From an uncultured delta proteobacterium (lineage in GTDB: Bacteria; Desulfobacterota; Binatia; UBA9968): DNA of 64,000 nucleotides. The DNA lies in assembly GCA_963745835.1 (NCBI GenBank), contig CAVUZH010000004.1, forward strand, positions 32,001-96,000, written 5' to 3'. Below the pieces are notes generated by a model. It saw nothing but the letters and a program-made list of their open reading frames with translations, was not told where the DNA came from and ran no database searches. The translations under genes and the position numbers were made by a program. The first letter of the stretch is position 1. The number at the start of each line of letters is the position of its first letter. Shown here in pieces: positions 44,151-54,107 of the stretch.

Positions 44151-45350
44151 ATGGATAAATTTGACGATGTGCTTGTGATTGATGCTGACGGCCATGTGTA
44201 CGAAGGCAACGTCGATCTCGCCAGCCGCATGCCTGAAAAGTGGCGCTCGCAGGCTCCCGTGCGACTAAAAGACAACCAGGGTAACTCGCGCATCATGTTG
44301 GAAGGACGCCTCTGGTCCGCCTCTCAAGGTCCCGGTCCCGGTGTCAGCGGGCCGATGACCGAAAAAGCGCGGGGCTATCGACCAGGCATGGTCGACCCGT
44401 TAGCACGATTGAAGGACATGGATGAGGAAGGCATCGATGTTGCCGTGCTGTTCGGCACGCAAATAGCGCTCACGGTAAATGGATTGATGAACGGTGAGCT
44501 GGCCGCTGTGCTTTGCCGCGCGGTGAACGAATGGCTGTTACAGTATTGTTCCGCCGATCCCAAGCGCTTGCTTGCAGTCGGCCTGATCCCGTGCCAGGCG
44601 CCGCAAGCAGCGGTCAGAGAATTGGAATTTCTCGCCAAAGCCGGTGCGGTCACCGCAATGCTGCCAACAAACGTCTACGGCCGCAACATGGGTGATATGA
44701 TGTTCGATCCGATTTATGACTGCGCACAGTCCCTCGGCATGACTTTGAGCGTTCATCCGCAGACCGGCCACGACGGCGTTCCGGGTGTCTCCGGCGTGAT
44801 GGGCGCGGGCAGCGAGCGTTTTTTCAAATACGTCTACGTGCACATGACCGCCTTTCCTTTCGAGCTAATGATCGCCATGATGCACATGATCGGCGAGGGA
44901 GTATTTGACCGCTATCCGAAGCTGCGCGTAGGTTTCATGGAAGGCGGCGCCGGTTGGCTGCCATTTTGGGCAGAGCGCTTTGATGAGCACATCGAGAAGC
45001 TTGCACCGCAAATGCCGGAGTTGAAACGCCGCCCTAGCGAGATTATCCGCGGCGAACAAGTGGTGCTCACCTGCGAATCCGAAGAGACCGGCCTCGATCG
45101 GGTGTTCGCGGCCAACGGCGAAAACACGGTCCTCTATGCTTCGGACTACTGCCATTGGGATTGTCACTTTCCCTATTCGGTGAAGGACGTGGTCGATGGG
45201 GAGGATTTAACTTTTCCTCAAAAGGAAAGATTGTTAAACCGCAACGCCATCGAATTCTTCAAACTGAAGAACCTGCCGCAACCCGCTGCGCTTAAGAAGG
45301 CCCGACAAAGCTGGGCAAGCATAGGCCAGCAAAAGATCGCCACCGCCTGA
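44151..45350 (+). CDS. Amidohydrolase family 2 protein (decarboxylase/hydratase-like)
   Basis: IDADGH, RLKDMDEEGID, FMEGGAGWLP, YASDYCHWD. Confidence 0.88.
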   Translation: MDKFDDVLVIDADGHVYEGNVDLASRMPEKWRSQAPVRLKDNQGNSRIMLEGRLWSASQGPGPGVSGPMTEKARGYRPGMVDPLARLKDMDEEGIDVAVLFGTQIALTVNGLMNGELAAVLCRAVNEWLLQYCSADPKRLLAVGLIPCQAPQAAVRELEFLAKAGAVTAMLPTNVYGRNMGDMMFDPIYDCAQSLGMTLSVHPQTGHDGVPGVSGVMGAGSERFFKYVYVHMTAFPFELMIAMMHMIGEGVFDRYPKLRVGFMEGGAGWLPFWAERFDEHIEKLAPQMPELKRRPSEIIRGEQVVLTCESEETGLDRVFAANGENTVLYASDYCHWDCHFPYSVKDVVDGEDLTFPQKERLLNRNAIEFFKLKNLPQPAALKKARQSWASIGQQKIATA

Positions 45351-45367
45351 TTACAAAGGGAGCTTTG

Positions 45368-46342
45368 ATGAACTCGAAACCGTCGGACGAGGCAAGCAAC
45401 CGCGGCATGCTCGTCGCCAGTCTCTCGTTAGCCTTCATTCTGCTCCTGGGCAGCAGCGTTCGCGGCGCCGAAGGCCTGCAGAAAATCAGAGTCGGTTTTC
45501 CTTCCCTGGCGTTCTCATACATGCCGTACTACGTCGCCCAGGAAAAAGGGATTTTGAAACAATATGGCTTGGAAGCCGAGTACATCCAGATGCGCACGGG
45601 CATTCAGCCTCAGGCCGTCATCAATGGCAATATCAACTTTTTTCCATCGGTCTCCACCGGGATTTCCGCGGCGGTTTCCGGCTTGCCACTGGTGGTGGTA
45701 TTGAATTTCTGTGACGGCACGCCGTGGATCCTGGTCACGCAGAAGGAGATCAACAAGCCGCAGGATCTAATCGGCAAGCAGGTCGCGGTCTCAGGCCTGC
45801 GAACATCGCCGCATTACTTTTTGCAGGCGGCTCTTAAAAAATGGGAAGTCGCCGAGAAAGACGTCGGCATTATCAGCACCGGCGGCACTGCCGACAGCTT
45901 TATCGCCCTTGCCAGCAACCGGGTCGCGGGCACAGTGTTGACGCCGCCGTTCGATGACAAGGCAGTCTCTTTGGGCTACAAGAAATTCATGTTCCTGGGC
46001 GACTTGGCGGATATTCCCTACGTCGGCGTGGTTACTTCGCAGGCGCAAATCAAAAACAATCGCGAGATGGTGCGCAGAACGCTTGCTGCGCTCACCGACT
46101 CCGTCGCTTGGATTCGCGCCAACCGCGCCGAAAGCAGCAAGATGATCGCCAATAAGTTTAAAATCACTGCCGCCGAGGCCGAGCAGACCTACAATACGTT
46201 GATCAAAATTCTTAACAAGGACGGACGACTCGATCCCAAAGTCGCGCGCGGCTATTTGGAGCTGTTACGACAGGAGCGGCCAATTGCGGCGGATTTCGAC
46301 CCGCAAAAGGTGCTTGATTTCTCTCTGTTGCCAAATCGCTAG
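45368..46342 (+). CDS. ABC-type substrate-binding protein, NMT1/SsuA-like
   Basis: Signal peptide; PYYVAQEKG, DLIGKQVAVS. Confidence 0.83.
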   Translation: MNSKPSDEASNRGMLVASLSLAFILLLGSSVRGAEGLQKIRVGFPSLAFSYMPYYVAQEKGILKQYGLEAEYIQMRTGIQPQAVINGNINFFPSVSTGISAAVSGLPLVVVLNFCDGTPWILVTQKEINKPQDLIGKQVAVSGLRTSPHYFLQAALKKWEVAEKDVGIISTGGTADSFIALASNRVAGTVLTPPFDDKAVSLGYKKFMFLGDLADIPYVGVVTSQAQIKNNREMVRRTLAALTDSVAWIRANRAESSKMIANKFKITAAEAEQTYNTLIKILNKDGRLDPKVARGYLELLRQERPIAADFDPQKVLDFSLLPNR

Positions 46343-46558
46343 TCACCACATGATGCTGCGGCAGATCCTAGGATACAGCGAGCGCACCAGCAGCAGCGAA
46401 ACCCAGTTGGTTTTAACTGCGACGTTACAGTAATTGGTTTCAAGAGGCACATTCGCAGGCGATGTATTTTGTTTCACGTTGATGGCGCCAGAAAACGGCG
46501 GAAGTTATTGACAACCTAGCCCTGCTAGGTGCTCAAATAAACTATAGGAGGACTCGTT

Positions 46559-47653
46559 ATGGGATTTAAAGGTTATACGATCATTGATGGTGACGGTCAT
46601 GTGATTGAGGACACCAAGGCTATGGTTGGGTTCATGCCTCAACCCTACCGCGAGAAGTTCGATACCCATCCATTCTTCAATCCGTTTCCGCCGCTGGATC
46701 ACCTCCATTCAGCCAACATGCACGATTTCCAGCCGGGAGCGTTCAACAAAGTCGGTCCGGACGGTTGGTTGGATTTCCTTGAGGATGTGGGAATCGAGAC
46801 AACCGTTCTTTACACCACGCTTGGCCTGGCGTTCGGGAAAATTGTCAGCCGCGATTGGGCGATTGACGTCGCGCGCGGCTACAACGACTGGTTGTATCAT
46901 GAGTACCTGAAGAAAAGTCCGCGCTTCAAGGGAATTGCTTTGATTCCGCTCCAAGAAACGCAGGCCGCTGTTGAAGAGCTGAGAAGGGCGGTGAAGGAAC
47001 TGGGCATGTGCGGCGCGATGCTGCCGTCCACCGGTATTCAATCCAATCTCGGTGATCAGCGTTATTGGCCGATCTATGAAGAAGCCGATCGTTTGGGTTG
47101 CGCGCTCGGCGTTCATGGCGGTGCGCACGAGAACATGGGGCTGGATGACTTGAGCCCGTATGCCCCGGTTCACGCTCTCGGTCATCCCTTCGGTCAGATG
47201 ATTTCGTTTGCCGGCATGGTCTTCAACGGTATCTTCGATAAATTTCCTAATGTGAAATTTGGTTTTATGGAAGGAGGCGTCGCTTGGCTGCTGATGTGCT
47301 TGGAACGCTTCGATCGCTCGTGGGAAACACACATCCAGCATGATCCCCGCAAACGTTTTCTTGATCTACGCCCCAAAGAAAAAGTCCGTGAATATATCTC
47401 GCGACACATCGACGAAGGCCGGATTTTTATCGGCTGCGAAGGCGAAGAGCCAGATATCGCCTATGCGATCGAGCGGGTAGGCAATAAGCCGTTCGTTTTT
47501 TCCAGTGACTATCCGCACGAAGTGAACAATGAATTCTGCAAACATGAGATTACCGAAATGCTGGAAAATAAGGAGATGACCGAGGCGGACAAGAAGGCGG
47601 TCTTGCATGAAAACGCCCGCCGGTTCTACAGCCTAGGCACGCCGGCGCTATGA
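46559..47653 (+). CDS. Amidohydrolase family 2 protein
   Basis: IDGDGH, AVEELRRAV, FMEGGVAW, FSSDYPHE; AGGAGG ribosome-binding site. Confidence 0.88.
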   Translation: MGFKGYTIIDGDGHVIEDTKAMVGFMPQPYREKFDTHPFFNPFPPLDHLHSANMHDFQPGAFNKVGPDGWLDFLEDVGIETTVLYTTLGLAFGKIVSRDWAIDVARGYNDWLYHEYLKKSPRFKGIALIPLQETQAAVEELRRAVKELGMCGAMLPSTGIQSNLGDQRYWPIYEEADRLGCALGVHGGAHENMGLDDLSPYAPVHALGHPFGQMISFAGMVFNGIFDKFPNVKFGFMEGGVAWLLMCLERFDRSWETHIQHDPRKRFLDLRPKEKVREYISRHIDEGRIFIGCEGEEPDIAYAIERVGNKPFVFSSDYPHEVNNEFCKHEITEMLENKEMTEADKKAVLHENARRFYSLGTPAL

Positions 47654-48351
47654 AGGCTCAGGCGCGCATTGGTTTGATCATTCCTTCGAGCAATCGATTA
47701 ACCGAGCCGCAGTTTAACCGTTATGCGCCGTCAGGCGTCGACATCCATGTCACCCGGCTGCGCATGACGGGCAAGTATCGCAAACCTCTAAACGAGCTGA
47801 AACCCGCGTTGGTCGAAGCCTCCGAAGCTCTTTCCGACGTCAATCCGGGGCTTATCGTTTTTCACTGCACGGCAAACTCGATGGAGAATGGATTAGCGCA
47901 CGAAGCCGCGATCGTTGAAATCATCGAACAATCCAGCGGCTGTCCCACCCTCACTACGGCGCAAGCAATCACCCAGGCCTTCGACCACTTTGCCATCAAA
48001 AAACTGGTGCTTATCAGTCCCTACGTTCAGGCGACCAACGAACACGAAGTTCACTATCTCGAGGAAGCCGGCTACACAGTCGTCCATGAGCTAGGTCTCG
48101 GACTTGAAAGTCACGGTTACTCGGCCGTGACTCCGGAGGAATGGAAGAGGATCGTCAGAGAGAATGCTCGAGCGGATGCCGATGGCTACTTTCTCAGTTG
48201 CACGAACACCCGCATGATCGAAGCCGTCCCGGAGATTGAGCGGGAAATGGACAAACCGGTCATCAGCAGCAACCAAGCAACCCTGTGGGCGTGCCTGAAA
48301 CGGCTAGCCATCTCTCATTCGAACAACAGTCTGGGGCGACTTTTCAATTAG
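47650..48351 (+). CDS. Maleate cis-trans isomerase / Asp-Glu racemase superfamily protein
   Basis: IGLIIPSSN, FHCTANS, LSCTN, PVISSNQA; both catalytic cysteines present. Confidence 0.85.
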   Translation: MKAQARIGLIIPSSNRLTEPQFNRYAPSGVDIHVTRLRMTGKYRKPLNELKPALVEASEALSDVNPGLIVFHCTANSMENGLAHEAAIVEIIEQSSGCPTLTTAQAITQAFDHFAIKKLVLISPYVQATNEHEVHYLEEAGYTVVHELGLGLESHGYSAVTPEEWKRIVRENARADADGYFLSCTNTRMIEAVPEIEREMDKPVISSNQATLWACLKRLAISHSNNSLGRLFN

Positions 48352-48424
48352 CTCTGCAGTTTCAGCTCGGATACCCGTGCACGCTCAGCAATTGCCTTCC
48401 ACCGCAAGCGCCCGAACTGCATGT

Positions 48425-50647
48425 TTATAGTTTCGCCAGCTTTTCTTTCAATCCCGTATAGCGCCGTTCCAAGCGAACGTTTTGAATCGCCATCGCCAGA
48501 GCGCGGCGGCTGCCGACGAGTACCACTCTTTTTTTACCTCGAGTAACGGCAGTGTAAAGAATACTTCGATGGAGCATCATATAGTGAGACATGTGCAGCG
48601 GGATGACCACCACGGGGTATTCACTGCCCTGGCTTTTGTGAATCGATGTGGCATAGGCCAGGCTTATTTCATCCAGCTCATCGTCGTTGTACTCGACTGT
48701 CTTGTCGTAGAAATCGACCTGAACCTTCCCTTCCTTGCGATCTATGTCGGTAATGCGGCCAAGGTCGCCGTTGTAAATACCTTTGTCATAGTTGTTGCGC
48801 AGCTGCATGACCTTGTCGTTGGCGCGAAGTAAGATTTCGCCGCGCTGAAGCGAATCGCCGATCGGATTGAGTAAACTCTGCATCTCGCGATTCAGTTGGA
48901 TAGTTCCGAGCATGCCCCTGTGCATCGGCGTCAAGAGCTGGATGGCGTGCGGAACCTCGTCGGCTGCGAGGTTCAACGTTCGCGGTAACTCCTCTTTAAC
49001 CAGGTCCTTGACCGATTGGAGAATTTCCTCTTCGGACTCGCGCGCCAGAAGAATGAAGTCTCGTTCCGAGTTATCGCTCGGCGTCACTAACGACTGCCCC
49101 TGGAGAATACGATGAGCATTGGCGACGATTAGGCTATGCCGATCTTGCCGGAAGATGCGGCGTAACATGACCACCGGTATCATCCCAGAATCAATCAGAT
49201 CGCGCAGCACGCTTCCCGGTCCCACGGACGGAAGCTGATCGACATCGCCGATGAGAACGAGATGACTATGGCGATCGATGGCGCTGAGCAGATTATCCAT
49301 GAGCGCCAGATCCACCATCGAGGCCTCATCGATGATCACCACGTCGGCCTCCAGCGGTCGATCTTCGCTCCGTTGAAAGCCGCCTTCATGTGGGTTGTAT
49401 TCGAGCAGCCGGTGAATCGTCATCGCTTCTTCGCCGGCGCTTTCAGCCATGCGCTTGGCAGCTCGGCCGGTCGGCGCGGCGAGAACGAATGAAAATTTCG
49501 CGCGCCGCAAGACAGCCAGTAAGGAGTTGAGCAAAGTGGTTTTGCCGGTTCCGGGCCCGCCGGTGATGACCAAAACCTTTTGCTGCAACGCTTGGCGCAC
49601 CGCTTCTTGTTGTTCCTCTTCGAGAATCGCAAAGGATTGATCAATGAGTTCCAGATCGGTCAACCCTATCAACTCGCGTGGTTCGGCGGTGGAACCGGGG
49701 AAGGACTTTCTTCCGCCGCCGAGCGTGACAGAAGGACTCGACAGTAGCCGGTGCAGCGCTTCAGCGACTCGCTGCTCGGCGCGATAAAGGTCGGCCAGAT
49801 AGACATGCGCCCGCTCCTCGCTGGTAGTCTGTTCCAGGATCACGTCGCCGCTCGCAGCCAGCTTTTCCACCGCATCCTCGATCACACCTTCGCCCACACG
49901 CAGCAGCGGCGCGGCATTCCTGATGAGAGCCGAGAAAAGCACGAAACAATGCCCCTGATCGATAAACTCTTTGAGAACATGAAGCACCCCCGCCTGCACA
50001 CGGAGGGGGAAATCACCGCTGATCCCGAGTCTTGCGGCAATGCGGTCGGCGAGGACAAAACCGACACCATAAATATCGCGCGCGAGCGCATAAGGATTGT
50101 CCTTGACCCGTCGAATGGTGTCCAAGCCGTAGAACCGGTAGATTTTAAGCGCCAGTGCGGCGCCGATGCCGTGTCCTTGCAAAAACACCATGATGTCTTG
50201 CATTCCGCGCTGCGCCTCCCAGGCCTGCATAATCCCGCGCGCCCGCGCCGCGCCGATGCCTTCGACTTCAAGCACACGATGCGGCTCCTGGGAGAGAATC
50301 CTCAAAGTTTCCAATCCGAAGGCGTCGACCAAACGGCGCGCATAGGTCGGCCCGATGCCTTTGATCATGCCCGAGCCAAGGTATTTTTCGATGCCTTCCA
50401 AAGTTGCGGGATCAACCTTTTCCCAATGATCGGCTTGAAATTGCTGGCCGTAGCGTGGGTGCGTTTTCCAGAAACCGAAGACTTTGATCTCCTCGCCTTC
50501 CGAAACGGGGTAGACTCCGCCGACCACGGTGACGCCGGGGGCATTTTCGACGTCCAGCCGCAAAACCGTATAGTTAGTATCGGGATGATGGTAGGTTATC
50601 TTATGCACGGTGCCCTGCACCGCGACTTTCTCGGGCTGTTTTACCAC
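48425..50647 (-). CDS. recD2: RecD2 (YrrC-like) SF1B DNA helicase
   Basis: IKGIGP, TGGPGTGKTT, APTGRAAKR, DEASM, SIHKSQGSEY, YTAVTRGK. Confidence 0.95.
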   Translation of the reverse strand: MVKQPEKVAVQGTVHKITYHHPDTNYTVLRLDVENAPGVTVVGGVYPVSEGEEIKVFGFWKTHPRYGQQFQADHWEKVDPATLEGIEKYLGSGMIKGIGPTYARRLVDAFGLETLRILSQEPHRVLEVEGIGAARARGIMQAWEAQRGMQDIMVFLQGHGIGAALALKIYRFYGLDTIRRVKDNPYALARDIYGVGFVLADRIAARLGISGDFPLRVQAGVLHVLKEFIDQGHCFVLFSALIRNAAPLLRVGEGVIEDAVEKLAASGDVILEQTTSEERAHVYLADLYRAEQRVAEALHRLLSSPSVTLGGGRKSFPGSTAEPRELIGLTDLELIDQSFAILEEEQQEAVRQALQQKVLVITGGPGTGKTTLLNSLLAVLRRAKFSFVLAAPTGRAAKRMAESAGEEAMTIHRLLEYNPHEGGFQRSEDRPLEADVVIIDEASMVDLALMDNLLSAIDRHSHLVLIGDVDQLPSVGPGSVLRDLIDSGMIPVVMLRRIFRQDRHSLIVANAHRILQGQSLVTPSDNSERDFILLARESEEEILQSVKDLVKEELPRTLNLAADEVPHAIQLLTPMHRGMLGTIQLNREMQSLLNPIGDSLQRGEILLRANDKVMQLRNNYDKGIYNGDLGRITDIDRKEGKVQVDFYDKTVEYNDDELDEISLAYATSIHKSQGSEYPVVVIPLHMSHYMMLHRSILYTAVTRGKKRVVLVGSRRALAMAIQNVRLERRYTGLKEKLAKL

Positions 50648-50935
50648 AACGTCTTATTCCGAGCCTGCATGAATTGAATCATTCCCTGAAAAGCCTTAGC
50701 TCCGGCCGCGCGTTGACCGCATTCGCCGAGTTTGCACCAACGTGTCCTTGCTCGAGTTTAGCTATACATAACAAGTGCTTGCGTTTTCCCGAGCGGATGC
50801 TTACATTCGACTGTAGCAGATATGCGCCGCCTCCCGCACCTGACCCATCCATTCCAGAACGTTGCCTCCCGGTGATACTCACGGCGAACGTGTTTTCCGT
50901 TGTCTTCGAGCTGAAGACACGGAGGAGAGATATTG

Positions 50936-52255
50936 ATGATCGTCGAAAATCTTTTTTTTGAAGCAGCCATCATTTTTCTTTTAATTCTGGCCAACGGATT
51001 CTTCGCTGCTTCGGAAATCGCCATGATCGCAATCCGCAAAAGCCGGATCGACACAATGATCGAAAAGGGAGTTAAATGCGCTTTAATTATCGGTCGCCTC
51101 AAAAAAGATCCAGACCGATTTTTGGCCACGGTACAGATCGGGGTTACGATTGTCAGCTCGCTGGCCTCGGCCCTCGGCGGGGCTGCGGCGATCTCGTTTG
51201 TTAAACCGGCTATTGAAGCAGCGGCGATTCCGGCCCTCGCCCCTTGGGCCGACGTAATCGCCATCGCGGTGGTGGTTATCCCGATCTCCTATCTTTCGCT
51301 GGTGTTCGGCGAGTTGGTGCCGAAATCGCTCGCGCTTCGCTTCTCTGAGCAGATCGCATGCATGGCTGCCCGCCCGATCGATCTTTTGTCGCGCCTTAGC
51401 TCATTTCTTGTGAGAATTCTGACCGGGTCCAGCAATGCGGTGCTTCGGTTGTTCGGCGGTTCCGAAGTCGAAGGCGCGAGTTTCATCAGCGTTGAGGAGG
51501 TGAAATCTCTCATTCGTGAAGGAGCGGCCAAAGGTATCTTCAACGAGACTGAGAAAGAGCTGATCCATGGTGTGTTTGAGCTGGCCGACACGCCAGTGAA
51601 AGCCGTCATGGTGCCGCGCACTGAAATTCACGCGCTCGAGATTCACTCCACTCCCAGCGAAGCCGCGGCGAGTTTCATCGAAAGCGGCTTCTCGCGCATC
51701 CCTATCTATGACGGCGAGCTGGATCATGTGGTCGGGGTTCTTTATAACAAAGATTTCTTTAAGACTCTGCAACAAAAAACCGAGTTTCGGATAAAAGATC
51801 ACCTGCACCCGGCGTTTTTCGTCCCTAGCACGCTGCCCATAAGCGAGCTGCTCAAGCAGTTGCAACGGCGCCGACTTGCGATGGCGATGGTGGTCAACGA
51901 ATTCGGCGAGGTCGAGGGATTGGCGACTCTTGAAGACTTGCTGGAGGAGATCGTCGGCGAAATCCGCGACGAGTATGATCGCGAAGAGCGCGGCCCGGTG
52001 GACCGGTTGCCTGACGGCTCGATGGTGATCCAGGGCTCGGCCCTATTAAAGGATCTGAAAGCGGACTTCGACCTGCCGTTCGAGGAGTCACCCGATTACC
52101 ATACGCTTGCCGGGTTCCTGTTAGCTAGGCTAAAGCGCATTCCCCGGGGCGGTGAATGGGTCGAAGAAAATGGCTACAAGCTCACCATCGTCGATATGGA
52201 AGGAAGGCGCATCGTCAAGATAAAACTGGAGCAAAATCCGCACAAACAACTTTGA
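50936..52255 (+). CDS. Hemolysin family/CNNM protein (DUF21-CBS-CorC)
   Basis: NGFFAASEIA, GELVPKSLA, GFSRIPIY, TLEDLLEEIVGEIRDEYD. Confidence 0.93.
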   Translation: MIVENLFFEAAIIFLLILANGFFAASEIAMIAIRKSRIDTMIEKGVKCALIIGRLKKDPDRFLATVQIGVTIVSSLASALGGAAAISFVKPAIEAAAIPALAPWADVIAIAVVVIPISYLSLVFGELVPKSLALRFSEQIACMAARPIDLLSRLSSFLVRILTGSSNAVLRLFGGSEVEGASFISVEEVKSLIREGAAKGIFNETEKELIHGVFELADTPVKAVMVPRTEIHALEIHSTPSEAAASFIESGFSRIPIYDGELDHVVGVLYNKDFFKTLQQKTEFRIKDHLHPAFFVPSTLPISELLKQLQRRRLAMAMVVNEFGEVEGLATLEDLLEEIVGEIRDEYDREERGPVDRLPDGSMVIQGSALLKDLKADFDLPFEESPDYHTLAGFLLARLKRIPRGGEWVEENGYKLTIVDMEGRRIVKIKLEQNPHKQL

Positions 52256-52260
52256 ATTGG

Positions 52261-52677
52261 TTAGTAGCAACGGATTTCTATTTCATTGCCGTCCGGATCG
52301 AGGAAGTAGACGGATGTCGCTTTGCCGCGGGCGCCCCAGCGCGAGACCGGCCCTTGTCTGATGATGATTCTATTCTCTTTCAAGTAGTCGATGATTCCAG
52401 CGAAATCCTCTTTGCTGGTGACCATGCAAAAATGATTCAGATTGCCCGCTGGTTTTTCTCCGTCACTCGGTCTACTCTGCTGTCCCTTCACTGGAAACAA
52501 ATCGATGATGGTGTCGGCATTGATGCGCACGGACGGAAAGCCGGCCTTGCCGGTTCGGAATTCGTCGAGACGTTCCGCTTTCAAGCCCATCACACCGGTA
52601 TAGAATTGCAGAGAGCGTTCGATATCACCGACGTTCAGCACGATATGGTCGAGCTCGCTAATTTTAAACCCGCTCAT
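52261..52677 (-). CDS. VOC/glyoxalase family protein
   Basis: LDHIVLNV, HFC, YFLDPDGNEIEI. Confidence 0.9.
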   Translation of the reverse strand: MSGFKISELDHIVLNVGDIERSLQFYTGVMGLKAERLDEFRTGKAGFPSVRINADTIIDLFPVKGQQSRPSDGEKPAGNLNHFCMVTSKEDFAGIIDYLKENRIIIRQGPVSRWGARGKATSVYFLDPDGNEIEIRCY

Positions 52678-53768
52678 AATTTGCCTCCTCCGCTTTGCAA
52701 CGGATTAACCGGATCCTTCTGAATTGCTGCGATCTGTTGCAACAACCTTTCGACATCTTCGGGAGTACCGACAGTGATGCGCAAGCTGTCTCGCAGTTCT
52801 GGTGTAGCAAAATAGCGCACGTAAATCTTTCTTTCCCGTAGCGCCTGGTAAAGCGCTTTTTGCTCCTGCCCTTTCCTTTGCGCCATTACAAAATTGGCGT
52901 GCGAGGGGTAGACATAAAAACCCAGCTTGACCAATCCATCGACCAGTTGCCACCGAGTTTGCTGGATGCGGCGAACATTCTGCTGCATCCAGGGAAGATC
53001 CTGCAACGCAGCCGTGGCGGCAACCAGGCTCAGACGATTTAGATTGTAACTGTCTTTGACCTTCATCATACCAGAAATTAATTCGGCAGGGGCAAAAGCC
53101 AGACCGATACGCAGACCCGCGAGAGAAAATGATTTGGAGAAAGTCCGCAGAACGATCAGATTGGGAATACTTTGAATCAAACAAATAGCAGATGAACCAG
53201 GGTCTTCAGCGAAATCGATATAAGCCTCGTCGACGACGAGAACTCCGGACACGGCCCGAGCTAGCCTCTCGATTTCGGTCAAACTCACCAGTGTTCCCGA
53301 CGGCGAGTTGGGATTGCACAAAAACGTGATGGCGGCATTTGCCGAGTGTAACTCCGGCGGAATTGCAAAATCGGCAGGATAATCGACGCACACCAGCTCG
53401 CCGTCTTGAACCTTCACCAAAGTCTCATAAAGCGAATACGTGGGTACTGGGAATGCGACTCGATCGCCTCGACCGGCAAAACAACGCAAGATGATTGACA
53501 GGATTTCATCCGAGCCATTCCCGGCCATAATATTCTCAAGGCGGACACCATAAACCTCTGCTGCAATGTTGCGGAGAGAATCGCTGAGCGGTTCCGGATA
53601 GAGCCTTAGCGACTGGTTTGTCGCATCACGTAATGCCGCGAGCACGCCCGGCGACGGCGGGTACGGGTTCTCGTTTGTGTTGAGCTTGGCAAGCTTTTCA
53701 TCACCAGGTTGCTCCCCGGGAACATAGCCGGCCATCGATGCAATGTTAGGGCGAAAATAACGTGACAT
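52674..53768 (-). CDS. hisC: Histidinol-phosphate aminotransferase
   Basis: KLNTNENPYPPS, GNGSDE, NPNSPSG, DEAY, RTFSKSFSLAGLRIG. Confidence 0.95.
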   Translation of the reverse strand: MSRYFRPNIASMAGYVPGEQPGDEKLAKLNTNENPYPPSPGVLAALRDATNQSLRLYPEPLSDSLRNIAAEVYGVRLENIMAGNGSDEILSIILRCFAGRGDRVAFPVPTYSLYETLVKVQDGELVCVDYPADFAIPPELHSANAAITFLCNPNSPSGTLVSLTEIERLARAVSGVLVVDEAYIDFAEDPGSSAICLIQSIPNLIVLRTFSKSFSLAGLRIGLAFAPAELISGMMKVKDSYNLNRLSLVAATAALQDLPWMQQNVRRIQQTRWQLVDGLVKLGFYVYPSHANFVMAQRKGQEQKALYQALRERKIYVRYFATPELRDSLRITVGTPEDVERLLQQIAAIQKDPVNPLQSGGGKL

Positions 53769-53985
53769 GGTGCGGATTCTAGCTGTCGCGAAAACCCATT
53801 TCAAACCACAATTAATTAGCTATTCCGAGTTAAGCGCCATCGAACAGCCCTGAGCTTGGTCTAAGGGTTTTGTCCAAATTTAATCGATTTTGTCCAGGAA
53901 TAGCTCCGTTGTGCACGATTTCACACGATTCTGCCTAACCGCTGTTTATAAGCTGCTGAAAATTAAGCGATTTCGTTTTTTACAC

Positions 53986-54001
53986 TGGCATGTTTTTGGC
54001 A
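53986..54001 (+). promoter_or_regulatory. Sigma54-type promoter for the coiled-coil/KaiC-like operon
   Basis: TGGCATGTTTTTGGCA (GG-N10-GC). Upstream are TGT-N10-ACA (53910..53925) and TTTTGTCCA direct repeats (53868, 53888). Confidence 0.62.
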
Positions 54002-54107
54002 CTGTGCCGGCAGGTTCGTGCTTCCAAGAGACTGCTAAGTCCGCCGCAGACGTTAATGGCGGTCGGAGTACGACGGCGAAGCGAATTTGGCAGCGTTAGA
54101 GGAAACT

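Noticed and set aside
49751-50677. Long antisense ORFs (308 aa opposite recD2; others opposite clpB, alaS and nuo genes)
   Set aside because: They are shadow frames of conserved genes with no recognisable motifs.
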